Positions 18,317 to 27,599 of a stretch of DNA of 35,394 nt are shown here, piece after piece (positions within the stretch are counted from its first letter, which is position 1; each line of letters begins with the position of its first letter). The notes beneath the pieces were generated by a model. It was not told the origin of the DNA. It ran no database searches and was given only the letters and a program-made list of their open reading frames with translations. The stretch lies in the sequence record SRR22947727_1447; one strand, 5' to 3'. A program made the translations under genes and the position numbers.

Positions 18317-18892
18317 ATGCACCATCAAATGAAAGAATTATTCGAAGAAAAATTAGCCAAATGCTCGGGAAGGCTTTCAGATAGAAAGGCTATTGCAGAT
18401 TTAATTCTTAAAAATAAAGCGTTATATCACTACACTTTAGAAAAAATCACCACTCCTCATAGCCCTAATATTCAACGCTTGTGTTGGTCCTTAGATATTG
18501 CTTTCTTGGAGTCTCCACTGTATTTCAGGGAAGCATTTCCGTATATTGTCAAAGGACTTTGTGTACAAAAAAAAGACAGTTGCTTGAGATCCCTGATGAA
18601 AATTTGTGCTGCTATGTCACAAGACCCTTATTATTTTACTCAGATAAAAAAAGTTCCCCAAAAAAGTAATTTATTAGTTGAGAGGGCCTTAGAATTATTG
18701 ACAGAGCCCCACGAAGTAGCTGTTCAAGTACATGCAATGGAAACGCTCTTTAGATGGCGCCATGAATTTAAGTGGATTGGAGAACACTTAGCAGATCTGA
18801 TCGAATCTCAAATGGAATGGAAAACTGCCGCTTATAAAGCTAGAAGCAAAAGACTTTTAAAAACACTTAAAAAGGAGTCCCATTCTCCATAA
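18317..18892 (+). CDS. Conserved hypothetical helical-repeat (HEAT-like) protein upstream of purB
   Basis: 191-aa ORF with VAVQVHAMETL and TAAYKARS motifs. No lyase signature. Confidence 0.65.
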   Translation: MHHQMKELFEEKLAKCSGRLSDRKAIADLILKNKALYHYTLEKITTPHSPNIQRLCWSLDIAFLESPLYFREAFPYIVKGLCVQKKDSCLRSLMKICAAMSQDPYYFTQIKKVPQKSNLLVERALELLTEPHEVAVQVHAMETLFRWRHEFKWIGEHLADLIESQMEWKTAAYKARSKRLLKTLKKESHSP

Positions 18893-18969
18893 AGTAATTT
18901 TTTAAAACGTGTACTACAAAAGAGCCACTGTGAACGCTTAAATAAACAATTTCTTTACAAAGGTTTTCC

Positions 18970-18977
18970 TATCTTTG
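18970..18977 (+). promoter_or_regulatory. -7 element TATCTTTG for purB
   Basis: TAnnTTTG match 18 nt before the ATG. Confidence 0.65.
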
Positions 18978-18995
18978 CCCCTTAATTAAATTATC

Positions 18996-20339
18996 ATGGC
19001 ATTAGACGCATTACACGCCATTTCTCCTATAGATGGGCGTTATTCAAATAAAGTATCCAATTTATCTCCTTTTTTCTCTGAAGCAGCCCTTATCAAGTAT
19101 AGAGTGCTAGTAGAAATTGAGTATTTCATAGGACTTTGTGAATGTCCATTACCTCAATTAAGCGCCTTTGACAAGAACTTATATCCAAAATTAAGAGAGA
19201 TTTACACTCAATTTAGCGATGCAGACGCAATGGCTATTAAGAAGATTGAATTAGTAACAAACCACGACGTGAAAGCGGTGGAATACTTTATCAAAGAAAA
19301 GTTTGACGCTTTAAATTTACAATCGTTCAAAGAGTTTATTCACTTTGGACTTACCTCTCAAGATATTAACAACACAGCCATTCCACTTTCTTTAAAAGAA
19401 GCCACCCAAACCGCTTATATTCCGACACTAGAGGCCCTTATTGAGCAACTTAAAAGCTTGAGTGATGAATGGGCAGACGTTCCATTACTGGCTAGAACCC
19501 ATGGACAGCCGGCATCTCCTACAAGGCTAGGGAAAGAAATTATGGTGTTTGTCGTGCGACTTGAAAATCAATTAAAAGACTTGAAAACCATTCCTTATGG
19601 TGCTAAATTTGGTGGCGCAACTGGAAATTATAACGCACATTTTGTAGCTTATCCTTCTATAGATTGGAGGCATTTTGGTACTCAATTTGTGGAGACTACT
19701 TTAGGGCTTTCTCACTCTTTTCCTACCACCCAAATAGAACATTATGATTCTATGTCCGCTCTTTTTGACGCCATGAAAAGAATCAACACTATACTTATAG
19801 ACTTAGATCGAGATTTCTGGACCTATGTATCGATGGATTATTTTAAACAAAAAATTAAGGCTGGTGAAGTGGGGTCTTCTGCAATGCCTCACAAAGTAAA
19901 TCCTATTGATTTTGAAAACTCAGAAGGAAATTTAGGTATTGCCAATGCATTATTTGAACATTTATCTGCCAAACTACCTATTTCAAGATTACAGAGGGAT
20001 CTTACAGACAGTACCGTACTAAGAAACATAGGTGTTCCTTTAGCCCATACCATGATCGCTTTTGGTGCAACACAAAAAGGCCTCTCAAAATTACTCATCA
20101 ACAAAGAAAAAATTGCCCAAGATCTAGAAAATAATTGGGCTGTAGTAGCAGAAGCTATTCAAACCATTCTGAGAAGAGAAGGATATCCAAATCCTTATGA
20201 GGCGCTCAAAGGTTTAACTAGGACAAATAGTAAAATTGATCAAAATAGTATTGCTGCTTTCATTGAAACTTTAGCAGTAAACAACGCTATTAAAAATGAA
20301 TTAAAAGCGATTAGCCCTAGTAATTACACCGGTATATAG
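18996..20339 (+). CDS. purB: Adenylosuccinate lyase
   Basis: ISPIDGRY, TNHDVKAVEY, RTHGQPA, GSSAMPHKVNP, SRLQRDLTDS. Confidence 0.98.
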   Translation: MALDALHAISPIDGRYSNKVSNLSPFFSEAALIKYRVLVEIEYFIGLCECPLPQLSAFDKNLYPKLREIYTQFSDADAMAIKKIELVTNHDVKAVEYFIKEKFDALNLQSFKEFIHFGLTSQDINNTAIPLSLKEATQTAYIPTLEALIEQLKSLSDEWADVPLLARTHGQPASPTRLGKEIMVFVVRLENQLKDLKTIPYGAKFGGATGNYNAHFVAYPSIDWRHFGTQFVETTLGLSHSFPTTQIEHYDSMSALFDAMKRINTILIDLDRDFWTYVSMDYFKQKIKAGEVGSSAMPHKVNPIDFENSEGNLGIANALFEHLSAKLPISRLQRDLTDSTVLRNIGVPLAHTMIAFGATQKGLSKLLINKEKIAQDLENNWAVVAEAIQTILRREGYPNPYEALKGLTRTNSKIDQNSIAAFIETLAVNNAIKNELKAISPSNYTGI

Positions 20340-20342
20340 TGC

Positions 20343-20903
20343 TTATAAACCTAAATCTGGCAATAAGCCTTTAAAGTCATCTATGGAGGCATTTGAAGAT
20401 TGAAGAGCCTCTAAAAATGGCTTCAGATATTTAGGATTCATACCGTCTCCCATTACCCTAATTAGCACAAAACCTTCTTTACCACCCTTGGCATAGACAA
20501 TGAGCTCTTTTAAAGCATCTTCAGAACCCAAATAGGAAACAGACCCTTGGTAGGCTTCTGCCTTGAGCTTCATAAGCTCCGTGTAGCTGCTCGTTGAAAG
20601 AATTTTTACAACAGTTTTAGATTCCGTATCAAATACTGATAGATCTTTTTGGTTATTTCTAAATACGAGTACATTGAGTTTTTTTAATGTTGCCAAAGCT
20701 TCTTTTTGATCCGCCTCCAAGGAATCTACCGCTATATTTAATATGGAGGCTGGAAGGGTAAGACTTATAAAGTTAGGGTCTTCAGATTTTTCTACAAAAT
20801 AGGATTGTAAAGTGGGCTCTGAACTACAGGATACTAAACCAATAGCGAACACAAATACCAACAAAACAATTGGAGATTTTTGAAATATTTTATTGTTTTT
20901 CAT
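20343..20903 (-). CDS. DUF4252-like lipoprotein
   Basis: Lipobox LVSC followed by PTLQSYFV; ELIVYA…GFVLIRVMG. Last gene of the ECF operon. Confidence 0.8.
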   Translation of the reverse strand: MKNNKIFQKSPIVLLVFVFAIGLVSCSSEPTLQSYFVEKSEDPNFISLTLPASILNIAVDSLEADQKEALATLKKLNVLVFRNNQKDLSVFDTESKTVVKILSTSSYTELMKLKAEAYQGSVSYLGSEDALKELIVYAKGGKEGFVLIRVMGDGMNPKYLKPFLEALQSSNASIDDFKGLLPDLGL

Positions 20904-21457
20904 TAGATTTTTTGCTTTTGGTTCACCTTATTTAATTCTTGCGGCAAGTTCATCTTAGTAATTAGCGCATTAATCTTATTTAAGTCTATATCTCCACTAA
21001 GTGACAACAGAACCGTTTCTATAGTTTTACCGTTAATGTCTATGTCTTCAAACTTTGAAACACCTGACACAAACATCAGTAATTCTTTTACATGTGAGTC
21101 ATCTCTTCCCTCGAGAACATAAAACTTAATTTGTGCCTCTTGGTCAGAAAAACGCATTAATTCTGAGAGTTTAGAGGACTTCAAATAATTGGTCACGTCA
21201 TTACCCATCGCGGCAGCTACTTCTTTATCAGTAGTAGTAAAAACTTTTAAACTTGTGATACTTTTTGCAATATCAATAAAGTCTTTGGTTTCTTTGTCAT
21301 CTGCGACAACTTCAAATTTAGCCAATAAGGAAAACATACTTTTGTTAATGACCATGGCGCTAACCGACTTCTCGTTTTCATATTTATCAAAAACGGATTG
21401 GCTAAAACCAAGACTCACAGCGCTCAATAATACAGCAGTTAATAAAATTTTTTTCAT
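20903..21457 (-). CDS. DUF4252-like periplasmic protein
   Basis: Signal peptide (GFS/Q); FDKYE…INKSMF…ELLMFV…LSGDIDLNKI. Confidence 0.82.
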   Translation of the reverse strand: MKKILLTAVLLSAVSLGFSQSVFDKYENEKSVSAMVINKSMFSLLAKFEVVADDKETKDFIDIAKSITSLKVFTTTDKEVAAAMGNDVTNYLKSSKLSELMRFSDQEAQIKFYVLEGRDDSHVKELLMFVSGVSKFEDIDINGKTIETVLLSLSGDIDLNKINALITKMNLPQELNKVNQKQKI

Positions 21458-21462
21458 AGTTT

Positions 21463-21930
21463 CTATTTGTTATTAGGGTTATAAATTTTTGTTTTTGCTT
21501 GTTCGAATTCATTTAAATAAACGGCAGAAGCGGTAGCCTTCTGATAGTTCTGTGCAAGTAGAGAAAAAGCGGATAGTGTTTGATTGTAGGCAATTTCTGC
21601 TTGTTTTTTCTGGTAATATTGTCTCCCAGAGAAGAAAGAACCTGAGAAAAGGATTAGTACAACCGCAACATTAGTCCACTTTGAATGCCACCACTTCTTT
21701 TCTAAATCTCGCAGACTGCTTTTGGGCGTTTCCCATGGCGCCCATTGTTTCAATGGTGCTATAGCCGTTTCTCGCTCCTTAGAAAAAAATGCAAACAAGT
21801 CTTTGTATGGCATTAAATGGGTAGGCACTTCTTCCATTTGAAAGAAATTACCTAGCAGCGCTTCTTCTTTGAGCGTTGTTTTACCTTCGAGGTATTTCTC
21901 TATGAGTATTTCAATTTTTTGTAAGTCCAT
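21463..21930 (-). CDS. Putative single-TM anti-sigma factor
   Basis: N-terminal IE.LIEKYLEGKTTL.EE..L, one TM (VAVVLILFSGSFF). Overlaps the end of the ECF gene; start probably ATG 21930. Confidence 0.7.
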   Translation of the reverse strand: MDLQKIEILIEKYLEGKTTLKEEALLGNFFQMEEVPTHLMPYKDLFAFFSKERETAIAPLKQWAPWETPKSSLRDLEKKWWHSKWTNVAVVLILFSGSFFSGRQYYQKKQAEIAYNQTLSAFSLLAQNYQKATASAVYLNEFEQAKTKIYNPNNK

Positions 21931-22426
21931 ACGCATGGTGTTTTACTAAATTTTCTTTTAATGTTTTTCTAGCTCTTGACAAAGCCACTCTCAAAGCAGT
22001 GGGCTTCATATCTAAAATAGCCTCAATCTCTTCATAAGACAATCCTTCTATATCTCTGAGCTGAACCACTAGTTTTTGCTTTTCTGGCAATAGCTCCATA
22101 GCTTTTTCAACAATAGAGAAGCTGTTTCTGTGCTCTATAGATTCTGAAAGGCTGTCTGTAGGCTTTTCGTAGTTTACATGAACCAATCTCAAATGATTGC
22201 CTTGTTTGGATTTTAAACGATCTAAACAAAAGTTTTTGGTCATGGTCATGGCGTAAGCGTCAAGATTCTGAACTGAAGTAAGACTGTCTCGCTTGTCCCA
22301 TAATTTTAACGTTACCTCACCTACTGCGTCTTGGGCTTCTTGAGAAGACACCAATAATCTTTTAGCCACCCTAAACAAGCGCTCTTGTAAAGGAGTAATA
22401 AAAGATATGAATGCAGATTCTTCCAT
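21911..22426 (-). CDS. ECF-subfamily RNA polymerase sigma-70 factor
   Basis: Region 2: EAQDAV.E..LKLW…N.CLD. Region 4: LPEKQK.V..LRDIEGLSYEEI…LSRARK.L. Confidence 0.95.
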   Translation of the reverse strand: MEESAFISFITPLQERLFRVAKRLLVSSQEAQDAVGEVTLKLWDKRDSLTSVQNLDAYAMTMTKNFCLDRLKSKQGNHLRLVHVNYEKPTDSLSESIEHRNSFSIVEKAMELLPEKQKLVVQLRDIEGLSYEEIEAILDMKPTALRVALSRARKTLKENLVKHHAYGLTKN

Positions 22427-22450
22427 GTTATTCTAAATGCTTATTAATAT

Positions 22451-22476
22451 AACGAACCAGAGATTGATTTGTTACC
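22451..22476 (-). promoter_or_regulatory. Putative ECF-dependent (autoregulatory) promoter GGTAAC-N16-CGTT
   Basis: Minus strand GGTAAC aaatcaatctctggtt CGTT, 24 nt before the ATG at 22426. Matches the general ECF AAC/CGT pattern. Confidence 0.6.
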
Positions 22477-22561
22477 AAAAAGTTTTTTTTTTTGTTTTCT
22501 TGTATGTAAATTGTACTGTTAAAGGGTCATTTTTTAAAATGACTGAAAAATACCACACCCT

Positions 22562-24073
22562 ATGAAATTATTATCACAGACCATTTCTTACAAATCTCTT
22601 TTATTATTGACTTTAGTCACATTGCTCACTGTAGCTTGTTCTAAAGAAGACAGTCCGGCTCCCCAAGTTCCTGACACACCAGATCCTGAACCAACTTCTA
22701 AAGATGTTACCGCCCATGACTTTATGTGGAAAGCTATGAATTTGTGGTATTTCTGGCAAGCAGATGTGGCTGACTTATCTGACTCAAGATTTTCTACCGA
22801 CAAGTCTTACAATGATTATTTACAAGCCCAAGGAGAACCAGATGCATTTTACAACGATAAATTATTGTTCTCTGAAGACCGATTTAGCTATTTAACAGAA
22901 GACTATGTGGACTTAGTGCAATCATTTCAGGGAATTTCCAGGAGTAACGGATTAGAATTTGGCCTAAGTCTTTTTGCCAACAGCGAAAATGTATATGGTT
23001 ATGTCAGATACATTGTTCCAGGATCTAATGCGGCTACAGCAGATATTTCTAGGGGGGAAATATTTACAGGAGTAGACGGTCAGACTTTGAACTTAGACAA
23101 CTATCAAAGCCTTTTGTTTGGAGACAATACAACCTATACCCTAAATATGGCCAGCATAGAAAATAATACCATAGCAAGCAATGGTAAATCCGTTTCCTTG
23201 ACTAAGGAAGAAGGCTTGTCTGAAAACCCTGTTTTTCTGACTAAAGTAATTGAAACCAATGGAATTAAAGTAGGCTATATTGTTTATAATGGCTTCACAA
23301 GTAATTATAACGAAGAACTCAATGAAGCCTTTGGCACCCTAAAAGCTGCGGGTGTCACAGAACTGGTATTAGATTTACGTTATAATCCCGGAGGATCTGT
23401 AAACTCCTCCAGGCTTTTGGCCAGTATGATTTACGGAACAGACACCAGTAAATTGTACATCCAACAACGCTGGAATTCAAAAATACAACCACAGCTAAGC
23501 GAAAGTCAATTAAAAGATTATTTCGCTAATTCTACAGGAGAAAGTCCTATTAACACCCTTAATCTTCCAAGGGTATATATTATTGCTACAGGAAGCTCAG
23601 CCTCTGCTTCTGAATTATTGATCAATGGTCTGGATCCATATATGGAGGTAATACACGTTGGAAGTACTACTAGAGGTAAAAATGAATTTTCTATCACACT
23701 AGTAGACCTGCCTAGTAATAGCTTTATTTACAATGCTGATAAAGCTTCAAGTATAAATGCAAAAAATTCTTGGGGTCTTCAGCCATTGGTGGGTAGAAAC
23801 GAAAATGCAGATGGCTTTTTTGACTATACTTCAGGATTTACTCCTGATCATGAAATTAGAGAAGTCCTTGGAAACTATGGGGAATTTGGATCACTTACTG
23901 AACCTCTTTTAGCAAAGGCTTTGTCTCTAATTACAGGGGTAAGCACCAGCAGTAGTGCTAGAACATCTTCTCTTGAAACTATGCCTCTAAATGAAATTGA
24001 TCATACAAAAAACCACACAATACTAAAGGAAAGAATGTATTTAGATAAAGATATTAGCTTAGAAATTAAATAA
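22562..24073 (+). CDS. S41 family peptidase lipoprotein (PDZ-containing)
   Basis: Lipobox TVAC; WYFW, DRFS, PDZ YIVPGSNA, LVLDLRYNPGG, catalytic SASASE, TRGK. Confidence 0.9.
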   Translation: MKLLSQTISYKSLLLLTLVTLLTVACSKEDSPAPQVPDTPDPEPTSKDVTAHDFMWKAMNLWYFWQADVADLSDSRFSTDKSYNDYLQAQGEPDAFYNDKLLFSEDRFSYLTEDYVDLVQSFQGISRSNGLEFGLSLFANSENVYGYVRYIVPGSNAATADISRGEIFTGVDGQTLNLDNYQSLLFGDNTTYTLNMASIENNTIASNGKSVSLTKEEGLSENPVFLTKVIETNGIKVGYIVYNGFTSNYNEELNEAFGTLKAAGVTELVLDLRYNPGGSVNSSRLLASMIYGTDTSKLYIQQRWNSKIQPQLSESQLKDYFANSTGESPINTLNLPRVYIIATGSSASASELLINGLDPYMEVIHVGSTTRGKNEFSITLVDLPSNSFIYNADKASSINAKNSWGLQPLVGRNENADGFFDYTSGFTPDHEIREVLGNYGEFGSLTEPLLAKALSLITGVSTSSSARTSSLETMPLNEIDHTKNHTILKERMYLDKDISLEIK

Positions 24074-24096
24074 TATTTCTAGATTCATACCAAAAA

Positions 24097-24122
24097 AATT
24101 AGGGCTCTTTAGAGCCCTAATT
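24097..24122 (-). terminator. Terminator hairpin overlapping the btuB stop codon
   Basis: AATTAGGGCTCT-TT-AGAGCCCTAATT, a 12-bp perfect inverted repeat. The minus-strand U tail corresponds to the A run at 24092-24098. Confidence 0.75.
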
Positions 24123-26046
24123 CTATTCCTAAACGTATGTTTCTCCCTAAGGTTTGAAAACCAATAGTCTCCTCAAATGAAACATTGGCCAAATTATTCA
24201 CTGAAATAAATCCCCTAGAATTCAAGAGACCCAATGGAAAACCGTATTGAAAGTCTATCAAAGAAAAGGCTTTAAGCGTTTTCTGTTCAAAGGTAGAAAA
24301 ATCAGTGTCTACCCTCTTTCCTGTATAAGCCATAGATAAACTCCACTGAGTAAACTCACTTGGACTGAATTGCAGGTTAAAATTGGCCTTGTGTTTGGGT
24401 ATTCTAATGGCGGTATCTGAAACCTGTGTCCAACTGTAATTTGCTTGAATATTAAACTGTGCTCCTAATGAAGTCGATAGTTGAAACTCTAATCCCTTTG
24501 CCCAAGTGTCGTTTATTTGATTTTCATAAAGAAAAGCAGGACCGTTAAAATAAATGGCTTGTTGCTCTTTTCTGTCAAAATATGTGAGCCCTAATTGAGT
24601 CCCTTTATTAGCGTTAAAAGAGAGACCAAACTCGGTATTTTGATTGGTCTCAGGCAATAGGTTTACATTGGCCCCATAAGCACCAAAAAACATCCCAAGT
24701 GTGGGAGTAATATAGGCAGATGAAAGGGATAAATGGGCCTTAAATTGCGCTGATTGATCTAAAAAAAGACTTGGATTAATATGATACACCCACTGACTTC
24801 CATATTGACTATGGTGGTTAAAACGCCCTCCAAACTGCATGTCAAAACGCCCCTGTTTATATCCAATAGAAGCAAAAGGATCCATAATAGTATAATCAGT
24901 CGCTGGGGTGTTTTGGTCCGGATTATCTTCAATTTGATCATTGATGTACTGAACACCAGTGACTATATTCCATTGTTCATTTACAAAATACCTATAGAGT
25001 AATTCTGCATTTATGTTATTGGCAAAAACGCTACTTCCATAAGTACTAATATCCTTTGAATCGTAACTTGCTAGTGAAATAGCTGCCTTAAGCACCCCTT
25101 TAGACTGTTTCCAAGTCCATTGAGAAGCCATATGATTACGGGTAGTTTGAAAGGTGTTTTCTGCGTCTATTCCCATAAAAGCGTCGTCGTAATCAGCGCT
25201 TATTTTTTGGGTATCCACAATGAGTTTCGTAGAAAGCTGATCAGAAAAATTCTTACCCAAGCTAAGGTTTAATCCAGATTGAGAAAATAAATCTTCTATT
25301 TGCCCTGGAGTATTAAAAGAAGACACTCCAGAAGCATTTAATTGGCTGTATCTCAAAGCGTAATTCCAAGAAGCTATTCCACCACTTAAACCAGTAAAAA
25401 CACTGGTATAATTTAATGAGTTGTTTTGATTTTCAGCGGTCTGATGCGTTCCAATATGTGTGTTCAACACAAAACCAATAGGTTTTTTATAAGCCTTTTT
25501 TGTGCTAATATCTATAACCACCACACCTGCATTTGTCCCGTAAAGACTGCTGTTAGCGCCTTTAATAACCTTAATACTTTCTATTTGAGAAATATCTAAA
25601 AGTCTCAGATCATAACTCAAAGAAGCAGACGCAGGATCTGCTACCCTAATACCATCTATAATAACAAGGGCCTGTTTGGACCTGCCACCTCTTGCATAAA
25701 TACTTAGAATACTTCCTTGAGGACCTCTAGATCCATTTACTTCAATGCCAGCCAATTGGTTTAAAGCAGCCGCTACCCCCCTAGTTCTAAATGGCAACAG
25801 ATCGCTTGACCCTAAAATGACCTGAGTAGCTCCCCTAAAGTTTGCTTCCAAGGGTGCTTTAAGGTCATTGATAATAACCTCGCTTAGATAAGTTGTGTCT
25901 TTTTGTGATTGATTTTGAAATAAATCCTTGGGCTCTTTTCGCTGGGATTGTACTTCTTTTTGTGATTGATTTTTAGCGACGGTTTGAGAGAAACCGAGCA
26001 ATTGCCCAGCCATAAAAAAGGCCGTAAACTTACATTTAAATTTCAT
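24109..26046 (-). CDS. btuB: TonB-dependent receptor, probably for cobalamin
   Basis: Plug motifs IYARGG…LVIIDG, IESIKVIKG..SSLYG..A.VVI.I.TKK; beta-barrel ending NNLAN…LGRNIRLG. Directly downstream of a B12 riboswitch. Confidence 0.88.
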   Translation of the reverse strand: MKFKCKFTAFFMAGQLLGFSQTVAKNQSQKEVQSQRKEPKDLFQNQSQKDTTYLSEVIINDLKAPLEANFRGATQVILGSSDLLPFRTRGVAAALNQLAGIEVNGSRGPQGSILSIYARGGRSKQALVIIDGIRVADPASASLSYDLRLLDISQIESIKVIKGANSSLYGTNAGVVVIDISTKKAYKKPIGFVLNTHIGTHQTAENQNNSLNYTSVFTGLSGGIASWNYALRYSQLNASGVSSFNTPGQIEDLFSQSGLNLSLGKNFSDQLSTKLIVDTQKISADYDDAFMGIDAENTFQTTRNHMASQWTWKQSKGVLKAAISLASYDSKDISTYGSSVFANNINAELLYRYFVNEQWNIVTGVQYINDQIEDNPDQNTPATDYTIMDPFASIGYKQGRFDMQFGGRFNHHSQYGSQWVYHINPSLFLDQSAQFKAHLSLSSAYITPTLGMFFGAYGANVNLLPETNQNTEFGLSFNANKGTQLGLTYFDRKEQQAIYFNGPAFLYENQINDTWAKGLEFQLSTSLGAQFNIQANYSWTQVSDTAIRIPKHKANFNLQFSPSEFTQWSLSMAYTGKRVDTDFSTFEQKTLKAFSLIDFQYGFPLGLLNSRGFISVNNLANVSFEETIGFQTLGRNIRLGIELGL

Positions 26047-26125
26047 TTTTGTACAAAATTGTACGGGTAGTCAGAATGCTATAGCACGCCAAAACTTTTG
26101 TCCCGAAAGTTTAACATTTATGTTT

Positions 26126-26300
26126 GAAAACGGCAGGTATCCTGGCTTGCGTCTAAATTGTCACCTTCCCATAGATTTACTACAGTGGTATAAAAAACAA
26201 TCAGCGTCTGTAAAGACTAAGCACACAGTTGCGGGAACAGCACTAGAATCTAACTAGTTTCCCTTTTAAGTATCCCAATAATGAGGTACACCAATATTCG
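26126..26300 (-). ncRNA. Cobalamin (B12) riboswitch
   Basis: Minus strand: GGTG…TAAAAGGGAA-ACTAG/CTAGT-GCTGTTCCCGCAACTGT…CCACTG…TGGGAAGG…AGCCAGGATACCTGCC (B12 box). Confidence 0.95.
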
Positions 26301-26415
26301 GTGTTAAAAGTAGTGTTTAATTATATATAAGGTAGAAGTAGACATTAAAATAATCCTTACATCCTTAAAAACATAATTTACAAGTTCGTATAGTGTATTA
26401 TCAGTAGGAGATATG

Positions 26416-26423
26416 TACTTTTG
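26416..26423 (+). promoter_or_regulatory. -7 element TACTTTTG for btuFCD
   Basis: TAnnTTTG match about 40 nt before the TTG start. Confidence 0.6.
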
Positions 26424-26462
26424 AGTGTTTAATTCTTTTTTAAAAAATATAAACAAATCATA

Positions 26463-27599
26463 TTGAAATCTTTTTTGTCCCTTATCTACATATTCACCCT
26501 CTTTGCTTCGACCCCCCTATTTTCACAAGAAGCTAAAGCCATTTTTTCACATCCTGAATTTGTAGAGGGATTTAACATCTTGGCAAAAAAGGGATACAAA
26601 ATACTGGAGATTCATCAGATCAATACCATAGATAATAAGTCCCCTTTTGAAACATATGCCTTAGTACACAAAGACAGTATTAGACTGATAAAGGCACTTA
26701 AAAGAAAGTACAAAAATATTATCCGTATTCCTGTAGAGAAGATGATTGTCACTTCTACCACACACCTTCCAGGGATTGAAATGCTCCAAGGCAGTGAAAC
26801 TGTCGTTGGATTCCCCGGGACTGACTATATTTCGTCTGCTTCTTTTAGAAGCCTTATAAAAAAAGGAAGTTTAAAAGAAATGGGGCACCAAGAGCAGCTC
26901 AATATTGAATTGGTTTTAGCAGCAGCACCAGAATTGATCATTGGATACGCTGTAGGTGAAAAACCAAAAATATACGAAACAATTGCTAACAGTGGTATTC
27001 CAGTTATTTTAAATCATGATTGGCTGGCACAACATCCCTTAGGCAAAGCCTCATGGATATACTTATATGGTGCATTATTAAATAAACTTGATCGCGCAGA
27101 CCAATTGTTTTCAAATATTCATGACCAGTATTTAGCAGCAAAAAAATTAGCGACTCATGCAGCAGAAACGCCAACTGTTTTTAGCGGAGCCATGTATAAA
27201 GATGTCTGGTATGCACCAGGGGGTAAAAGCTGGGCAGCCCAATTTATTCAGGATGCTAATGCAAATTATCTTTTCAATAACAACCATACAGGGAGTGATG
27301 CATTTGGGATTGAATATGTGCTGAGTAAAGCGGCTCAGTCTGATTTTTGGATAGGAGCTGCACAATTTACAAGCCATGAAGAAATGCTGAAAAAAAGTGC
27401 CCATTACAGTCAATTTGACGCTTTCAAAAATAAAAATATTTACAGCTTTTCGTCAATCAAAGGTGTTACAGGAGGTGTTCTCTACTACGAACTTGCACCA
27501 CAGCGGCCTGACTTGGTACTCAAAGACCTCATCGCTATTTTACACCCTGAATTAAGCCCAAATCATTCGTTTACTTTTTTCAGAAGACTAGATGACTAG
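26463..27599 (+). CDS. btuF: ABC transporter substrate-binding protein, cobalamin/iron-siderophore class (BtuF-like)
   Basis: TSTTH, LNIE…PELI, HPLG.A.W, PGG.SW.A..I.DA.A.Y, RPDLVLKDL..ILHPE. Adjacent to btuB. Confidence 0.8.
   Translation: MKSFLSLIYIFTLFASTPLFSQEAKAIFSHPEFVEGFNILAKKGYKILEIHQINTIDNKSPFETYALVHKDSIRLIKALKRKYKNIIRIPVEKMIVTSTTHLPGIEMLQGSETVVGFPGTDYISSASFRSLIKKGSLKEMGHQEQLNIELVLAAAPELIIGYAVGEKPKIYETIANSGIPVILNHDWLAQHPLGKASWIYLYGALLNKLDRADQLFSNIHDQYLAAKKLATHAAETPTVFSGAMYKDVWYAPGGKSWAAQFIQDANANYLFNNNHTGSDAFGIEYVLSKAAQSDFWIGAAQFTSHEEMLKKSAHYSQFDAFKNKNIYSFSSIKGVTGGVLYYELAPQRPDLVLKDLIAILHPELSPNHSFTFFRRLDD

Noticed and set aside
18317..18892. Second adenylosuccinate lyase
   Set aside because: Too short and lacks SSxMPxKxN. 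The real purB follows.
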